Positions 19,750 through 29,070 of a stretch of 64,000 nt of DNA are shown piece after piece; the stretch's first letter is position 1, and each line of letters opens with the position of its first letter. This DNA comes from an uncultured Bifidobacteriaceae bacterium (GTDB lineage: Bacteria > Verrucomicrobiota > Verrucomicrobiia > Limisphaerales > UBA11358). A model generated the notes under the pieces. That model was given only the letters and a program-made list of their open reading frames with translations, ran no database searches and was not told the origin of the DNA. Where the stretch lies: NCBI GenBank assembly GCA_964532525.1, contig CAZHIM010000001.1, positions 274,530 through 338,529 on the forward strand. The letters run 5' to 3'. The translations under genes were made by a program, and so were the position numbers.

Positions 19750-20268
19750 TCACCACGCGCCCTCGGTGAGCAACTCGGACAGGTTTTGCGCAAAATCCGC
19801 CGCCAGCACGGGCATCGCCTCGCGCTCGGCACTGGCCAGATCATTCCCAATATGAACAAAAGTGTGGCCTTTCACGTCCTTGTCCAAGATCGTTTTGCCG
19901 GACAGGCGGTCCCGCGCAACCACATGGACCGTCAGATCAATCCGGTAATTCTCCGGCGTGATGACGTCCGTGTTCAAAAACCCCAGGCCCACGCGGTTGT
20001 ATCCGCGGATCACGCCCGTCACCACCAAATCGCCATCTCCAGGGTGGGTCGCCAGGCGGTACGTGCCATCGGTCTGCAGGCGTTCGCGCAGCGATTGCGT
20101 GATGGCGTCGCCCAAGCGGGGTTGGAGGGTTTGATTGTTAAAGGGCTGAACCTCGATGGACTTGGCGCCCGCGATGGCGCCGTTGACCGGACCGAGCTGG
20201 TAGCCGGCGCAACCGGCCAGCAGCACCAAGGCGGCCAGGCCGGAGAGGAGGGACTTCAGCACACGCAT
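19750..20268 (-). CDS. lptE: LptE-like LPS-assembly lipoprotein
   Basis: The lipobox is LLAGC followed by AGYQLG. The sequence pattern (IEVQPFNNQTLQPRLGDAITQSLRERL...VVTGVIRGY...YRIDLTVHVVARD) resembles LptE. The gene lies immediately after bamD. Confidence 0.55.
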   Translation of the reverse strand: MRVLKSLLSGLAALVLLAGCAGYQLGPVNGAIAGAKSIEVQPFNNQTLQPRLGDAITQSLRERLQTDGTYRLATHPGDGDLVVTGVIRGYNRVGLGFLNTDVITPENYRIDLTVHVVARDRLSGKTILDKDVKGHTFVHIGNDLASAEREAMPVLAADFAQNLSELLTEGAW

Positions 20269-20269
20269 T

Positions 20270-21265
20270 TTATTTGGCCGGGGGCGGCGTGGCGACCAGC
20301 CGCGGTTTCAGCACGTCAATGCGCTGCCGGGCCTGCGCGGCGAGGGGCGAATTGGCGTCAAGCTGCAACACGGCGTTGTAATAGACGATCGCCCCGGCCC
20401 ATTTGTGCCCGTGCTCGTAAAACTTGGCGATCTCAAAATTCCCGCGGACCTGCTCGGCCTTGAGTTTGACGATGGACTTCTGGCATCCCGCCACGCGTTT
20501 GTCATCGGGGAAAAAGGTGATGAAATCGGTGTAGGCGGCAATGGCCTGGGCGGCGGCCCCCTGGTCATATTCGGCGGTATCGGCCTGCTTTTCCCAGGCA
20601 AGGCCGGTGCGGTACATGGCGTCGGCGGCGATCGTGGGCTGGTCGCGATAGCGGTCGGAGGCGGTTTCGTAGGCCTTCACGGCGTCGGCGTAATTGCGCT
20701 GCTTTTCGCGGGCGGCACCGATGCGCAGCTGCGCGTGGGGGGCCACTTCGCTATAAGGTCCGCTGGTGACGATTTTGCCATACAGCTTGGCAGTCTGGTC
20801 CATGGACGGGTAGAGGGGGATGAGGTTCCAAAGCCTGAACCATTCGCCGCCCAGGAAGCGGTTGGCAATTTCGTACTGGCGCCAGAGCACCTCGTTGTAC
20901 TGCCCGCTCTTGGGATATTTATCAATGATCTGCTGGTACGCGTTGAAGGCCGCTTCGTCCCGGTGCCTGAGTTCCAGGCAGCGGCCCACCAGATAGGCGG
21001 CCCGCGGCGCGTAATCCGACAGCGGCCAGACGCGCAGCACGCGGTGGGCGGCATGGAGGGTGACGGCGTAATCCTTGTTGGTGAAAGCCTGCTCCGCCAC
21101 TTCAATCTGTTCCTTGGCCCGGCTGCGCTGCCAGCGGGCGTGCTCGCCAACGCTTTCGTAATACCAGCCTTCGCCCGGGACGAACACCAGCGGCGCGGGG
21201 GAGCGTGATGGCAACAAGACCATCACTATCAATAATAAAATCCAGATTCCAAACCGAAGCTTCAT
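20270..21265 (-). CDS. bamD: BamD-like outer-membrane protein assembly factor (TPR lipoprotein family)
   Basis: There is an N-terminal hydrophobic signal. TPR-like repeats carry YAPRAAYLVGRC, AFNAYQQIIDKYPKSGQY, APHAQLRIGAAREKQRNYADAVKAYE, YTDFITFFPDDKRV and GNFEIAKFYEHGHKWAGAIVYY. Confidence 0.6.
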   Translation of the reverse strand: MKLRFGIWILLLIVMVLLPSRSPAPLVFVPGEGWYYESVGEHARWQRSRAKEQIEVAEQAFTNKDYAVTLHAAHRVLRVWPLSDYAPRAAYLVGRCLELRHRDEAAFNAYQQIIDKYPKSGQYNEVLWRQYEIANRFLGGEWFRLWNLIPLYPSMDQTAKLYGKIVTSGPYSEVAPHAQLRIGAAREKQRNYADAVKAYETASDRYRDQPTIAADAMYRTGLAWEKQADTAEYDQGAAAQAIAAYTDFITFFPDDKRVAGCQKSIVKLKAEQVRGNFEIAKFYEHGHKWAGAIVYYNAVLQLDANSPLAAQARQRIDVLKPRLVATPPPAK

Positions 21266-21306
21266 GCGGGCACGTTACCGGCCAATTTTAGTCAAGTCAA
21301 AGCCAT

Positions 21307-21807
21307 TCAGCCACGATAGATGATCAGGATGCCGTAGTCGCTCATGACCTTCTGGACGCCGACATCGAATTGTTCATAGCCGACCACATGCGTGCTGATG
21401 ATGTTGGATTCACCGATCTCATGGAGAAACGCCGAAACTTTGTCATCGAAGAGGTCATGTCCGTTCTCGATGCAGGCGGCCCGGCGGATGGTCCGGACGC
21501 GGAGGCGTTTGCCGGCGCCGCGCTGCACGGCTTCGAGCGGCGGTTGCGCTTTGACGATCAGGGACTCGGCGGGCCGGTCGTGAACCGGCACCTTGAGATG
21601 AAGCTGGACCTTGGCGGCGGCGGAGGTGTTGATGGCGCTGGGGGCGGGCGTGGGCGCCGTGGCCAGCGAACCGGTGGTCACCTTGCCGGAGGCGGCAGGG
21701 ATCGTGATGGTCTCGCCGCAGGAAGGACACTCAATTTGACTCCCCGCACCGGACTGGTCCACCGCGAGCTCCTGGTCACAGTTCGGGCAGTTGAATACGA
21801 TGTCCAT
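21307..21807 (-). CDS. Zinc-ribbon protein of unknown function
   Basis: The ATG at 21807 gives MDIVFNCPNCDQELAVDQSGAGSQIECPSCGETITIP, with CxxC...CxxC. The 5' part of the track ORF is a spurious extension. Confidence 0.5.
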   Translation of the reverse strand: MDIVFNCPNCDQELAVDQSGAGSQIECPSCGETITIPAASGKVTTGSLATAPTPAPSAINTSAAAKVQLHLKVPVHDRPAESLIVKAQPPLEAVQRGAGKRLRVRTIRRAACIENGHDLFDDKVSAFLHEIGESNIISTHVVGYEQFDVGVQKVMSDYGILIIYRG

Positions 21808-22043
21808 AGTTGGAGGGGTTGAGTTTGGTGTTAGATTAAATCCAGACCGGGCGGGAAACCAGAAAATAATGAGGGCGGCGGGGAATTGTTTTTTGGAGCG
21901 CCAAGCCGGTTGCCGGCGGCCGGCCGGCCGGCACCGCCAACGCCCCCGGGTCAGGCTGGAATCTCCCATTTTTCCCGCCGGTTGGCCCGGATAAAAGTTC
22001 TGGCCAAAGGGCCGGGGGAGTCGCACATTAAAGACGATAAAAA

Positions 22044-22352
22044 ATGCCTGCGGTTCCGGAGCCAATGACGATTCCGCGACCAGACATCGGAGAGGATGCC
22101 AAGGCCGCCGATGCGCTGGCGCCCACCTTTTACGTCATCTGCTGGAACGACCCGGTGAACCTGATGACCTACGTGACCCACGTGTTCATGAAACTGTTTG
22201 GCTGGGAGCGGGAGCAGGCGCAGCAGCACATGCTGGAGGTGCATGAAAAGGGCAAAAGCGTGCTGGCGCGCGAGGGAGCCGAAAAGGCCGAATTCTACGT
22301 CCACGAACTCCAGAAGTACAAGCTGCACGCCACGATGGAACCGGCGGAATGA
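22044..22352 (+). CDS. clpS: ATP-dependent Clp protease adaptor ClpS
   Basis: FYVICWNDPVNLMTYVTHVFMKLFGWEREQAQQHMLEVHEKGKSVLAREGAEKAEFYVHELQKYKLHATME is the canonical ClpS core. Confidence 0.9.
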   Translation: MPAVPEPMTIPRPDIGEDAKAADALAPTFYVICWNDPVNLMTYVTHVFMKLFGWEREQAQQHMLEVHEKGKSVLAREGAEKAEFYVHELQKYKLHATMEPAE

Positions 22353-22810
22353 AACTGCTCCGCCAATCGCCCAACCGCTGGCAATATCAATTGCCCGCCA
22401 ACGAGGCCGCCATTCTGCGGGGCCTGGTGAAGAAATTTCCGTTCACCCCGGTCGGCCCGGCGCGCATTTCCCGGCACCGGGATGCCCGGACGGCGGAGCG
22501 GGAGGAATTGCTGGCCGAGGCGCTGGCCGCGCAGCGCGAAGAATTGAAACGCCTGGCGGCGGATTTGCTGGTGGAGGCGCGCTGGAAGGAGTCCAGCCGC
22601 GGCCACCTGCTCACGCTCAGCGGGGAGTCGCGCGAAATCCTGCTGCAAATCCTCAATGACATCCGCCTGGGCTGCTGGCACGCGCTCGGCGAACCGGAAA
22701 GCCTGGCGCCGCCGCTCACCAAAAAGGATCTTGTGTTCCGCCACCTGATGGATTTGGCGGGCTATTTCGAATCCAACCTGCTCGAACCGGAAGACCACCC
22801 GGATCAGTAA
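22349..22810 (+). CDS. Hypothetical protein translationally coupled to clpS
   Basis: There is an ATGA overlap with the clpS stop. The 153-aa protein has coding-like composition and no motif I can name with confidence. Confidence 0.45.
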   Translation: MKLLRQSPNRWQYQLPANEAAILRGLVKKFPFTPVGPARISRHRDARTAEREELLAEALAAQREELKRLAADLLVEARWKESSRGHLLTLSGESREILLQILNDIRLGCWHALGEPESLAPPLTKKDLVFRHLMDLAGYFESNLLEPEDHPDQ

Positions 22811-22995
22811 GACCGCCTCGCGGCGCCCCCGGCGCGAAAGCCGAAACTCTTTCGCGCCGGATTCCACCCTTTGCGCGGACAGCGCCGCGAAGTCCTTGCC
22901 GGCGGCAGGCTCCGGCCGGCGTGGCGGCCGGGGAATTCCCGGGCGGCGTGCCGGGCCGTGATTGAGGCATCGCGAAATCCACGCTGGGCGCGCGC

Positions 22996-23682
22996 TCAGG
23001 AAGCCTGGCTGTGGACCCATTCGACGGCATGGCGCACGAGTTCGGGGGCGCTGGCGAGGTGGAGCTTTTCCTTGATGTGGGTGCGGTAGGTCTCGATGGT
23101 GCTGATGCTCAGGTTCAATTCGGCGGCGATCTCGCGGGTGCCGCGGCCCTGGCCGAGGAGCCGGTAAACTTCCAACTCCCGGTCGCTGAGTTGCTCGATT
23201 TCCGAAGCCAGCGGGGCGGCCGCGGACCGGGTCATCTTGCGCAGCATGCGCTCGTTCATGGCCGGGCTCAGGAAAACTTCCCCGGCGAGAACCTTGCGGA
23301 TGGCGTGCATCACCTGGGCGGTGGGTTCATGCTTCATGACATAGCCCTTGGCGCCGGCGCGCAGCGTCCGTTCAGCGTACAGCGTCTCATCGTGGGTGGA
23401 GAGCGCCAGCATGCGGAGCCCCGCGTCCCGGGCCGACAAGTCCTTCATGAGCTCCAGGCCGCTGGCCCCGGACCCCAGGGAGACGTCCACAATGACGAGG
23501 TCGGGGTGTTGCCGGATGACTTCGGCCAAGGCGCGGGCCGCCGTCCCGGCCTCGCCACAAACTTCAAGGTCGCGCTCGTGATTGATGAGCCGGGCCAGGC
23601 CCTCGCGGGTCACCGGATGGTCATCCACCAGAAAGATCCGGCGCTTGCGCGGGACCGGTATGTTGTTCGGGGAACGGGTCAT
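22996..23682 (-). CDS. NarL/FixJ-family response regulator (REC + LuxR HTH)
   Basis: RIFLVDDHPVTREGL...DLVIVDVSLGSGASGLELM...LSDRELEVYRLLGQGRGTREIAAELNLSISTIETYRTHIKEKL. The start ATG at 23682 overlaps the upstream kinase gene by 62 nt. Confidence 0.9.
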   Translation of the reverse strand: MTRSPNNIPVPRKRRIFLVDDHPVTREGLARLINHERDLEVCGEAGTAARALAEVIRQHPDLVIVDVSLGSGASGLELMKDLSARDAGLRMLALSTHDETLYAERTLRAGAKGYVMKHEPTAQVMHAIRKVLAGEVFLSPAMNERMLRKMTRSAAAPLASEIEQLSDRELEVYRLLGQGRGTREIAAELNLSISTIETYRTHIKEKLHLASAPELVRHAVEWVHSQAS

Positions 23683-25852
23683 GGCTTTGCTTCTGATTGG
23701 CGGGCAGCTCGCAGGAGACGGCCGTGCCGCCCCGCTTGCGGCGGCGGATTTCCAGCCTTCCCCCCATGAGCCGCGCCCGGGTTTGCATGTTGTTGATTCC
23801 CATGCCGCTCTTCTTGCCCGCCGCCGGCATGCCGAAGCCGTCATCCTTGACGGTCAGCACCACGCGCTTGTCCTCGCGGGCCAGGGTGATGGAAATGTTT
23901 TTTGCGCCGCCGTGCCGCAGCGCGTTTTGCACCGCCTCCTGGGCGATGCGGTAGAGATGATACGCCGCGCGGTGGTCGGAAATCTTCACCGGCGCGGGAA
24001 ACTGGCAGAAGCAATGCGCCCGGTGCGAGGCGTCAACGTCTTCGGCGAGTTTGCGCAGCGCGGCCGCAAGGCCGGCCGGAGTCACCCGGACGGGATTGAG
24101 GCCCCCGGCGACACTGCGGGCCTGCTGGATGGCCTGGTCCAGGATGTCTTCCAGGGCCCGGGCCTCCCGCGCAATGGCGGAGGAGCGCGCCCCGGCGATC
24201 TTCTGCAAATAGACGCTGCGAAATTTGGCGCCAATGAGCACCTGGCAGAGGCCGTCGTGCAAGTCGCGGCCGATGCGCGCCTGCTCGCGTTCACTCGACT
24301 TGATGATTTCCTTTTCCAGCCGTTCGTGTTCGGCGCGCAGGCGCAGGGTGTTGATGCCAAAGGCCAGGTCGTTGGCCAGGTCCGTGAACAGGAGCTGGTC
24401 CCCCACGTCGAAGCCGTCCACCTGCCGGGCGTATATCACCAGAGCCCCGAAGCAATGCTGCTCCGCCAGCAACGGCAGGGCGATGAGCGATCCGTAACCG
24501 CGCCGCCGGGCCGCTTCGCGCCAGGGAGCGTATCCGGGATCGGCGAACGTGTTGCGGCAAAGACAGGGCTTGCCCGTGCGGATGGCCGTCCCCGTGGGGC
24601 CGCGGCCCCGCGGAATATCGGCCCAGGTGACGCCGGAACGCTTGACAAATTCGGGGTTGGGGCCGGCCAGGGCGATGGGCCGGATGCTCTTGCGCGCATC
24701 CGTTTTCGCGAAGCCCACCCAGGCCATCCGGCCGCTGCCGCTCTGGACGATGATGCGGCAGATGTCATCGAGCAGCTCCTTTTCCGTGCGGGCCCGCAGC
24801 ATCGCCTCGTGACATTCCCGCACGGCCTGCAAGGTGCGGTTGGTCTTCCGCAGAAGCTGCTCGGTCTGCTTCCGCTCGGTCATGTCCTCGGTGAAAATGA
24901 CGATGCCGCCGACGGCGCCCGCCGGATCAAACCAGGGACGGGATTCCCATGAGAGCCATTGCACTGAACCGTCGGCGCGCTCGAAACGGTCGTCGGTCTT
25001 CCGCTGCACTTCGCCCGCCAAACCGCGCTGGCAGCCGGCGTGCCAGCGAACCGCGATTTCGGGCAGGACTTCGTAATGGGATCGCCCAATCAGCGGCCGG
25101 CCCTGCAGCCCGAGGTCGCGCACCCACCGCGCGCTGGCCGCCAGATACCGCATGTCCCGGTTGAACATGGCCACGGCCACGGGCGCGTTTTTGATGAAGC
25201 GCCGCAACCGTTTTTCGCCGTCGGCCACGAACCGGGCCGGGCCGCGGGCCGCGGTGGCGGGCGGGGCCGCCGGGCGGCCCAGGGCCTCATTGAGTTTGTC
25301 GAGCGACGTTTCCACCAGCTTGCGGCCGGTGATATCCCATAGCACGTGGACGGCGCCGGAAACGCGGTGCCGGCGATCAAAGATGGGATCCACGGTGCAA
25401 TTGTACCAGCGGGAGCCCACCTGGAGCTCGGCGGACTCGCGGCAGCCGCTGAGACACATCTTGGAGAAAAGACAGTCCGGAACCGGCTCCCGGGCGCCGT
25501 GCACCACTTCCCAGCAGCGGCGGCCCACCACCGGATGGCGCACCAGTTCTTCCGCGGCCCGGTTGCAGCGCTGGATCCGAAATTCCCTGTCCATCAGCCA
25601 AACCGGCTCGGCTAGCGTGTCCCAAACGGCCAGCCATACCGGCTCGAGCGGGGAACCCCCTGGTTTTGGTGGAAGGGAGGAATATCCGGGCGAAGGTTGT
25701 GGCCCCCCCCGCGGCGTTGCCAACCGCCTTGTTCCGGACAGCTTATTTTTCTGATTTGCCATAAGCTTCCTGACGCTTCCCGACTTCCCGCCGCCTTCAG
25801 ACTCACTGTAGCGCCATTTTCCCGATTGACAAGCCAGAGTTCGCCGGACCAA
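23621..25852 (-). CDS. Multi-PAS/GAF sensor histidine kinase (HisKA_3 / NarX-type)
   Basis: PAS-like blocks are followed by a GAF-like region. The H-box is REQARIGRDLHDGLCQVLIG. The HATPase part is YRIAQEAVQNALRHGGAKNISI...DDGFGM. The start is uncertain, with 25762 (MANQKNK) as the alternative. Confidence 0.85.
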   Translation of the reverse strand: MVRRTLACQSGKWRYSESEGGGKSGSVRKLMANQKNKLSGTRRLATPRGGPQPSPGYSSLPPKPGGSPLEPVWLAVWDTLAEPVWLMDREFRIQRCNRAAEELVRHPVVGRRCWEVVHGAREPVPDCLFSKMCLSGCRESAELQVGSRWYNCTVDPIFDRRHRVSGAVHVLWDITGRKLVETSLDKLNEALGRPAAPPATAARGPARFVADGEKRLRRFIKNAPVAVAMFNRDMRYLAASARWVRDLGLQGRPLIGRSHYEVLPEIAVRWHAGCQRGLAGEVQRKTDDRFERADGSVQWLSWESRPWFDPAGAVGGIVIFTEDMTERKQTEQLLRKTNRTLQAVRECHEAMLRARTEKELLDDICRIIVQSGSGRMAWVGFAKTDARKSIRPIALAGPNPEFVKRSGVTWADIPRGRGPTGTAIRTGKPCLCRNTFADPGYAPWREAARRRGYGSLIALPLLAEQHCFGALVIYARQVDGFDVGDQLLFTDLANDLAFGINTLRLRAEHERLEKEIIKSSEREQARIGRDLHDGLCQVLIGAKFRSVYLQKIAGARSSAIAREARALEDILDQAIQQARSVAGGLNPVRVTPAGLAAALRKLAEDVDASHRAHCFCQFPAPVKISDHRAAYHLYRIAQEAVQNALRHGGAKNISITLAREDKRVVLTVKDDGFGMPAAGKKSGMGINNMQTRARLMGGRLEIRRRKRGGTAVSCELPANQKQSHDPFPEQHTGPAQAPDLSGG

Positions 25853-25899
25853 GGGGCGGATTGACTTGGACGGCGCAGACGGTTATTTTCCCAGTTTCA

Positions 25900-26628
25900 A
25901 TGCTGGAAATAATTGAGAAGCTGCTTGTTTTACAGGATCGCGACCGGAGAATTCTCCACGTGTCCCAGGAACTGTCCCGCCTGGGGCCGGAACGCGAGAC
26001 CCTTCAGACCTCCGCCGCCAACACCCAAAAATCCCTCGACGCCGCGAAAATGCGCGTCAAGAAGCTGGAGCTGGACCGCAAACAGCGGGACGTCGAAATC
26101 GAGGCGCAGAAGACGCAGATTGAGAAGTATCTGAATCAGCAGTTGCAAACCCGCAAAAACGAGGAATACAAGGCCCTGACCCACCAAATCGAGACGGCCA
26201 AGGCGGCGATTTTCAAGATCGAAGATGCGCAGATTGCGCTCATGGAGCAGGCGGAAGCCGCGCAAAAGGACGTGGTGAAGGCGACGGCCGAGTCCGCCGC
26301 GGCCAAGAAGCTGCTGGACGACCAGATCGGCCATTTGAACCAGCGGGAGGCCAACTTGAAGAAGGAGTTGGCCGAATTGCAGGCCGGCCGCAAGACCTTG
26401 GCCGAGGCGGTGGCTGCCCCCACGCGGAGCCGCTACGAACGGCTCTTCAAACACAAGGGCGAAAACGTCATCGTCGGTATCGAGCACGGCGCCTGCGGCG
26501 GCTGCCACATGAAATTAACCGCGCAGGAGGTCGCCAACTGCCGCGCCCAGGCCGAAATCGTGACCTGCACGAGCTGCAGCCGGATTTTGTACTTCACGCC
26601 CGACATGGATCTCGAAGGCGGCGACTGA
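25900..26628 (+). CDS. Coiled-coil protein with a C-terminal C4 zinc ribbon (COG1579-type)
   Basis: MLEIIEKLLVLQDRDRRI opens a long coiled coil, which ends in GACGGCHMKLTAQEV...VTCTSCSRILY. Confidence 0.7.
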   Translation: MLEIIEKLLVLQDRDRRILHVSQELSRLGPERETLQTSAANTQKSLDAAKMRVKKLELDRKQRDVEIEAQKTQIEKYLNQQLQTRKNEEYKALTHQIETAKAAIFKIEDAQIALMEQAEAAQKDVVKATAESAAAKKLLDDQIGHLNQREANLKKELAELQAGRKTLAEAVAAPTRSRYERLFKHKGENVIVGIEHGACGGCHMKLTAQEVANCRAQAEIVTCTSCSRILYFTPDMDLEGGD

Positions 26629-26663
26629 AAGCGGCACGGTAAGAAAGCAGGTGGGCGGAAAAG

Positions 26664-27413
26664 ATGAGTAATGCAGACGGAAAACCGGCCGAAAGAGTCG
26701 GCCTGTTTCAAATTGTCGTCCTGGTCCTGTCCGTGATTGTGCTGGCGGCGTTGGGCGCCGACATGGTTTTCACATTTCCCCCGGGGGTTTCCAATATCCT
26801 GCAAACGCTGGACACGGCGGTTTGCATCCTGCTGCTGATTGATTTTTGCATCCGGTTCTGCCAGGCCCCGTCCAAGCTGGGCTTTCTCAAATGGGGTTGG
26901 ATTGACCTGCTGGCGAGTATCCCGAACATCCCGTGCCTCCGCGTGGGGCGGTTGGTGCGCATCCTCCGCGTGATCCGCCTGCTGCGGGCCATCCGCACAA
27001 CGCAGAAGCTGAGCACCCTCATGTTCAAGAATAAGGCCCAAACCGGCGTCGCTTCGGTGCTGCTCACCGCGTTTCTGCTCATTATCTTCTGCTCCGTGGC
27101 CGAGCTCATGTGCGAACAGCAGAGTTCCACCGCCAATATCAAGACGGCCGGCGACGCCATCTGGTGGAGCGTCACGACCGTGACGACGGTGGGCTACGGC
27201 GATAAATACCCGGTGACCATGGGCGGCCGGGTGGTGGCGATGGTGCTGATGGTCTCGGGCATCGGTCTGTTCGGCACCTTGAGCGGCGTGACCGCCACAT
27301 ATTTTTTACATTCCAAGCAGGAGCAGAACGGCGGCGACCCGCAAAAGGAGGAAATCCTGGCGCGCCTCAGGGCGATCGAAGACAAGTTGGACCGGCTCAA
27401 CCGGGGAAAATAA
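26664..27413 (+). CDS. Voltage-gated-type potassium channel
   Basis: The selectivity filter is TTVTTVGYGD. An S4-like Arg ladder (RVGRLVRILRVIRLLRAIR) precedes S5-pore-S6. Confidence 0.85.
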   Translation: MSNADGKPAERVGLFQIVVLVLSVIVLAALGADMVFTFPPGVSNILQTLDTAVCILLLIDFCIRFCQAPSKLGFLKWGWIDLLASIPNIPCLRVGRLVRILRVIRLLRAIRTTQKLSTLMFKNKAQTGVASVLLTAFLLIIFCSVAELMCEQQSSTANIKTAGDAIWWSVTTVTTVGYGDKYPVTMGGRVVAMVLMVSGIGLFGTLSGVTATYFLHSKQEQNGGDPQKEEILARLRAIEDKLDRLNRGK

Positions 27414-27494
27414 GGGGCGCTTGTCCGCGGGGGAGGGACGCGAAGCCGCGATGTGGCTTGAGATTTTGGCCCGCGTCCATTATGTTCCGGGCGG

Positions 27495-27892
27495 TTTTGG
27501 AAGGGTGGAGAATCGCTCCCGGCGCAAGCCGGGGGAGGAAAGTCCGAACTCCACAGGGCACGACGCCGCGTAACCCAAGTCCGTACGATTGGGATACACG
27601 CGGGCGGCACGCCGGAATGCGTGCCGACGGACAGTGCCACAGAAAACAGACAGCCGGCCGGATCCTCACGGGTGCGGCCGGTGATGGTGAAAAGGTGCGG
27701 TAAGAGCGCACCGCGTGAAGCGCAAGCAACACGGCACGGAAAACCCCGTCGGGTGCAAGACCAAATAGGGAATCCCGGGGCGGCCCGCCCCAACCCCGCG
27801 AAAGCGGACGGATTCCGGGTACTGGTCGCTGAGACAAATGATTCTCTCCGTCGCAAGGCGCAGACAAAATTCGGCTTACAGCCCTTCCAAAA
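27495..27892 (+). ncRNA. rnpB: RNase P RNA, bacterial type A
   Basis: Universally conserved blocks are present: GGAGGAAAGTCCGAACTCCACAGGGCA, CAGTGCCACAGAAAACA, GGTGAAAAGGTGCGGTAAGAGCGCACCG, CAAGACCAAATAGGGAA and ACAAAATTCGGCTTACAG. The P1 stem is TTTTGGAAGGG (27495-27505) / CCCTTCCAAAA (27882-27892). Track ORFs over this region are spurious. Confidence 0.92.
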
Positions 27893-27901
27893 CCACTTCC
27901 C

Positions 27902-28297
27902 TCAACTCCGGGGCGCCACGGTGACCGTGAACCGCATGGACTTTGCCGGTGCCGTCTCCTTTTCCCACGGGCGCGCGTAATTCAATTGCACCGTCACCTG
28001 CCCGGGGGCCAGGCCGCGGAAGCGGAAGATCTCCGTGCCGCCCGCGCCGGTGAGACCCATGGTGGACGCGTTGGGCGTGTAGGACGACTCGACCAGTCTG
28101 AGCGTCGGCAACGTCGCCGCGGCCGGCTTCCAGTCATAGCCCGTGGTGGGGTTGGCCGGCAACTGCACCACGGCATCGGCGCCCACGGGAATCGTGATGG
28201 CCCGGCCATTGTCCTGATCGGTGAGGATCCGCGAACCCGGGGTGGTGGCGCACCCGGCCAGGAGCAGGCCGAGCAATAGCGGCAGCAGTGATTTCAT
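27902..28297 (-). CDS. Chagasin-family (I42) cysteine-peptidase inhibitor lipoprotein
   Basis: The ATG at 28297 gives MKSLLPLLLGLLLAGC, a lipobox. The hallmark NPTTGYDW motif is present, and the ~130-aa size fits an Ig-like fold. Confidence 0.8.
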   Translation of the reverse strand: MKSLLPLLLGLLLAGCATTPGSRILTDQDNGRAITIPVGADAVVQLPANPTTGYDWKPAAATLPTLRLVESSYTPNASTMGLTGAGGTEIFRFRGLAPGQVTVQLNYARPWEKETAPAKSMRFTVTVAPRS

Positions 28298-28354
28298 GTT
28301 CCACAAGTACCCCCTGACGCCCGGCAAAGCAAGCCGGGCTTGGCTGGAACGAAT

Positions 28355-28459
28355 CAGTTGAATGAAAAATTAACCACAGATGAACACAGATGGACACAGA
28401 TATTCGAGTCAAGAAGTGCTTCCGAATCTGTGTCCATCTGTGGCTAATTCATTCAACTG
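28355..28459. repeat. Inverted-repeat element with CACAGATG tandem motifs
   Basis: The left arm CAGTTGAATGAAaaaTTAaCCACAGATGaacacagATGGACACAGAT is mirrored by ATCTGTGTCCATCTGTGGcTAAttcATTCAACTG. The left arm holds three 10-nt cacagatgNa units. Confidence 0.6.
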
Positions 28460-28476
28460 CATGGATCCAACTTCTT

Positions 28477-28639
28477 GGCCTAATTCTTAATTACGGGCAC
28501 GTTCGCGGCGAGGGATTCTTCACGCAGGCGAGGCGCGAGCGACGAGCATATCCGCACGGAATTGTGAAGAGCGAGCAACGAAGCCTGCATGAAAAAGACC
28601 TGCCGCCCTGCGGGTTGCGTCGAATTTAAGAATTAGGCC
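28477..28639. repeat. 14-bp inverted repeats flanking a 135-bp AT-richer segment
   Basis: GGCCTAATTCTTAA (28477-28490) and TTAAGAATTAGGCC (28626-28639). No clear target duplication is present. Confidence 0.5.
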
Positions 28640-28677
28640 ACTTAGCCGTCCGGAAGGCGCCCTCGCCTCCCTCGCGC

Positions 28678-28915
28678 CTATCGGCTCATGCCGTGCTTGA
28701 TGACTGGCGTGGAGAATTTCCGGGGCGTCCAAAGTTGCGGGTCGCCGAGATTGCCGAGACGATCCACGGCGCGCACGGCGACGGCATCGGGATTGGCCAC
28801 CTCGAAATAATCGTCCAGGCGCGGTCCGGGAACGATCTGGGTGGTCCAGGCGCCGTTGGCGCGGGCCTGCACGAGCCACCGGCCAGGCGGCGCCGAGGGG
28901 GCGAACCGTCCGTGG
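28678..28915 (-). pseudogene. Orphan duplicated 3' fragment of the GHL10 hydrolase gene (32450..34024)
   Basis: 28682-28888 aligns without gaps to 32454-32660, with about 20 mismatches in 207 nt. It encodes ...WLVQARANGAWTTQIVPGPRLDDYFEVANPDAVAVRAVDRLGNLGDPQLWTPRKFSTPVIKHGMSR, against the C-terminus of the full gene. No upstream catalytic part is present. Confidence 0.8.
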
Positions 28916-29070
28916 TTCGCGCCGACGCAGGCGTTGAACGATTTTGCGCGTCCTGAATGGCGCGAGTGGAGGCGACGTGAACGCCGCGCGCCAGTCGCGG
29001 CACGGAGCCGCAGCGAAGCGTGGGCGCCCCTGCTTTTCTCGGTAATATGCGTGGCTCCGCTTCCGCCCCG

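Noticed and set aside
27194-27980. Four track ORFs (27194..27856-, 27397..27867-, 27458..27703+, 27621..27980+)
   Set aside because: They lie over RNase P RNA, whose conserved blocks and P1 helix explain the region.
28371-28400. Tandem cacagatgNa units, considered as a possible CRISPR or mini-satellite
   Set aside because: There are only three 10-nt units with no spacers. They form one arm of an inverted repeat, and no cas genes are present.
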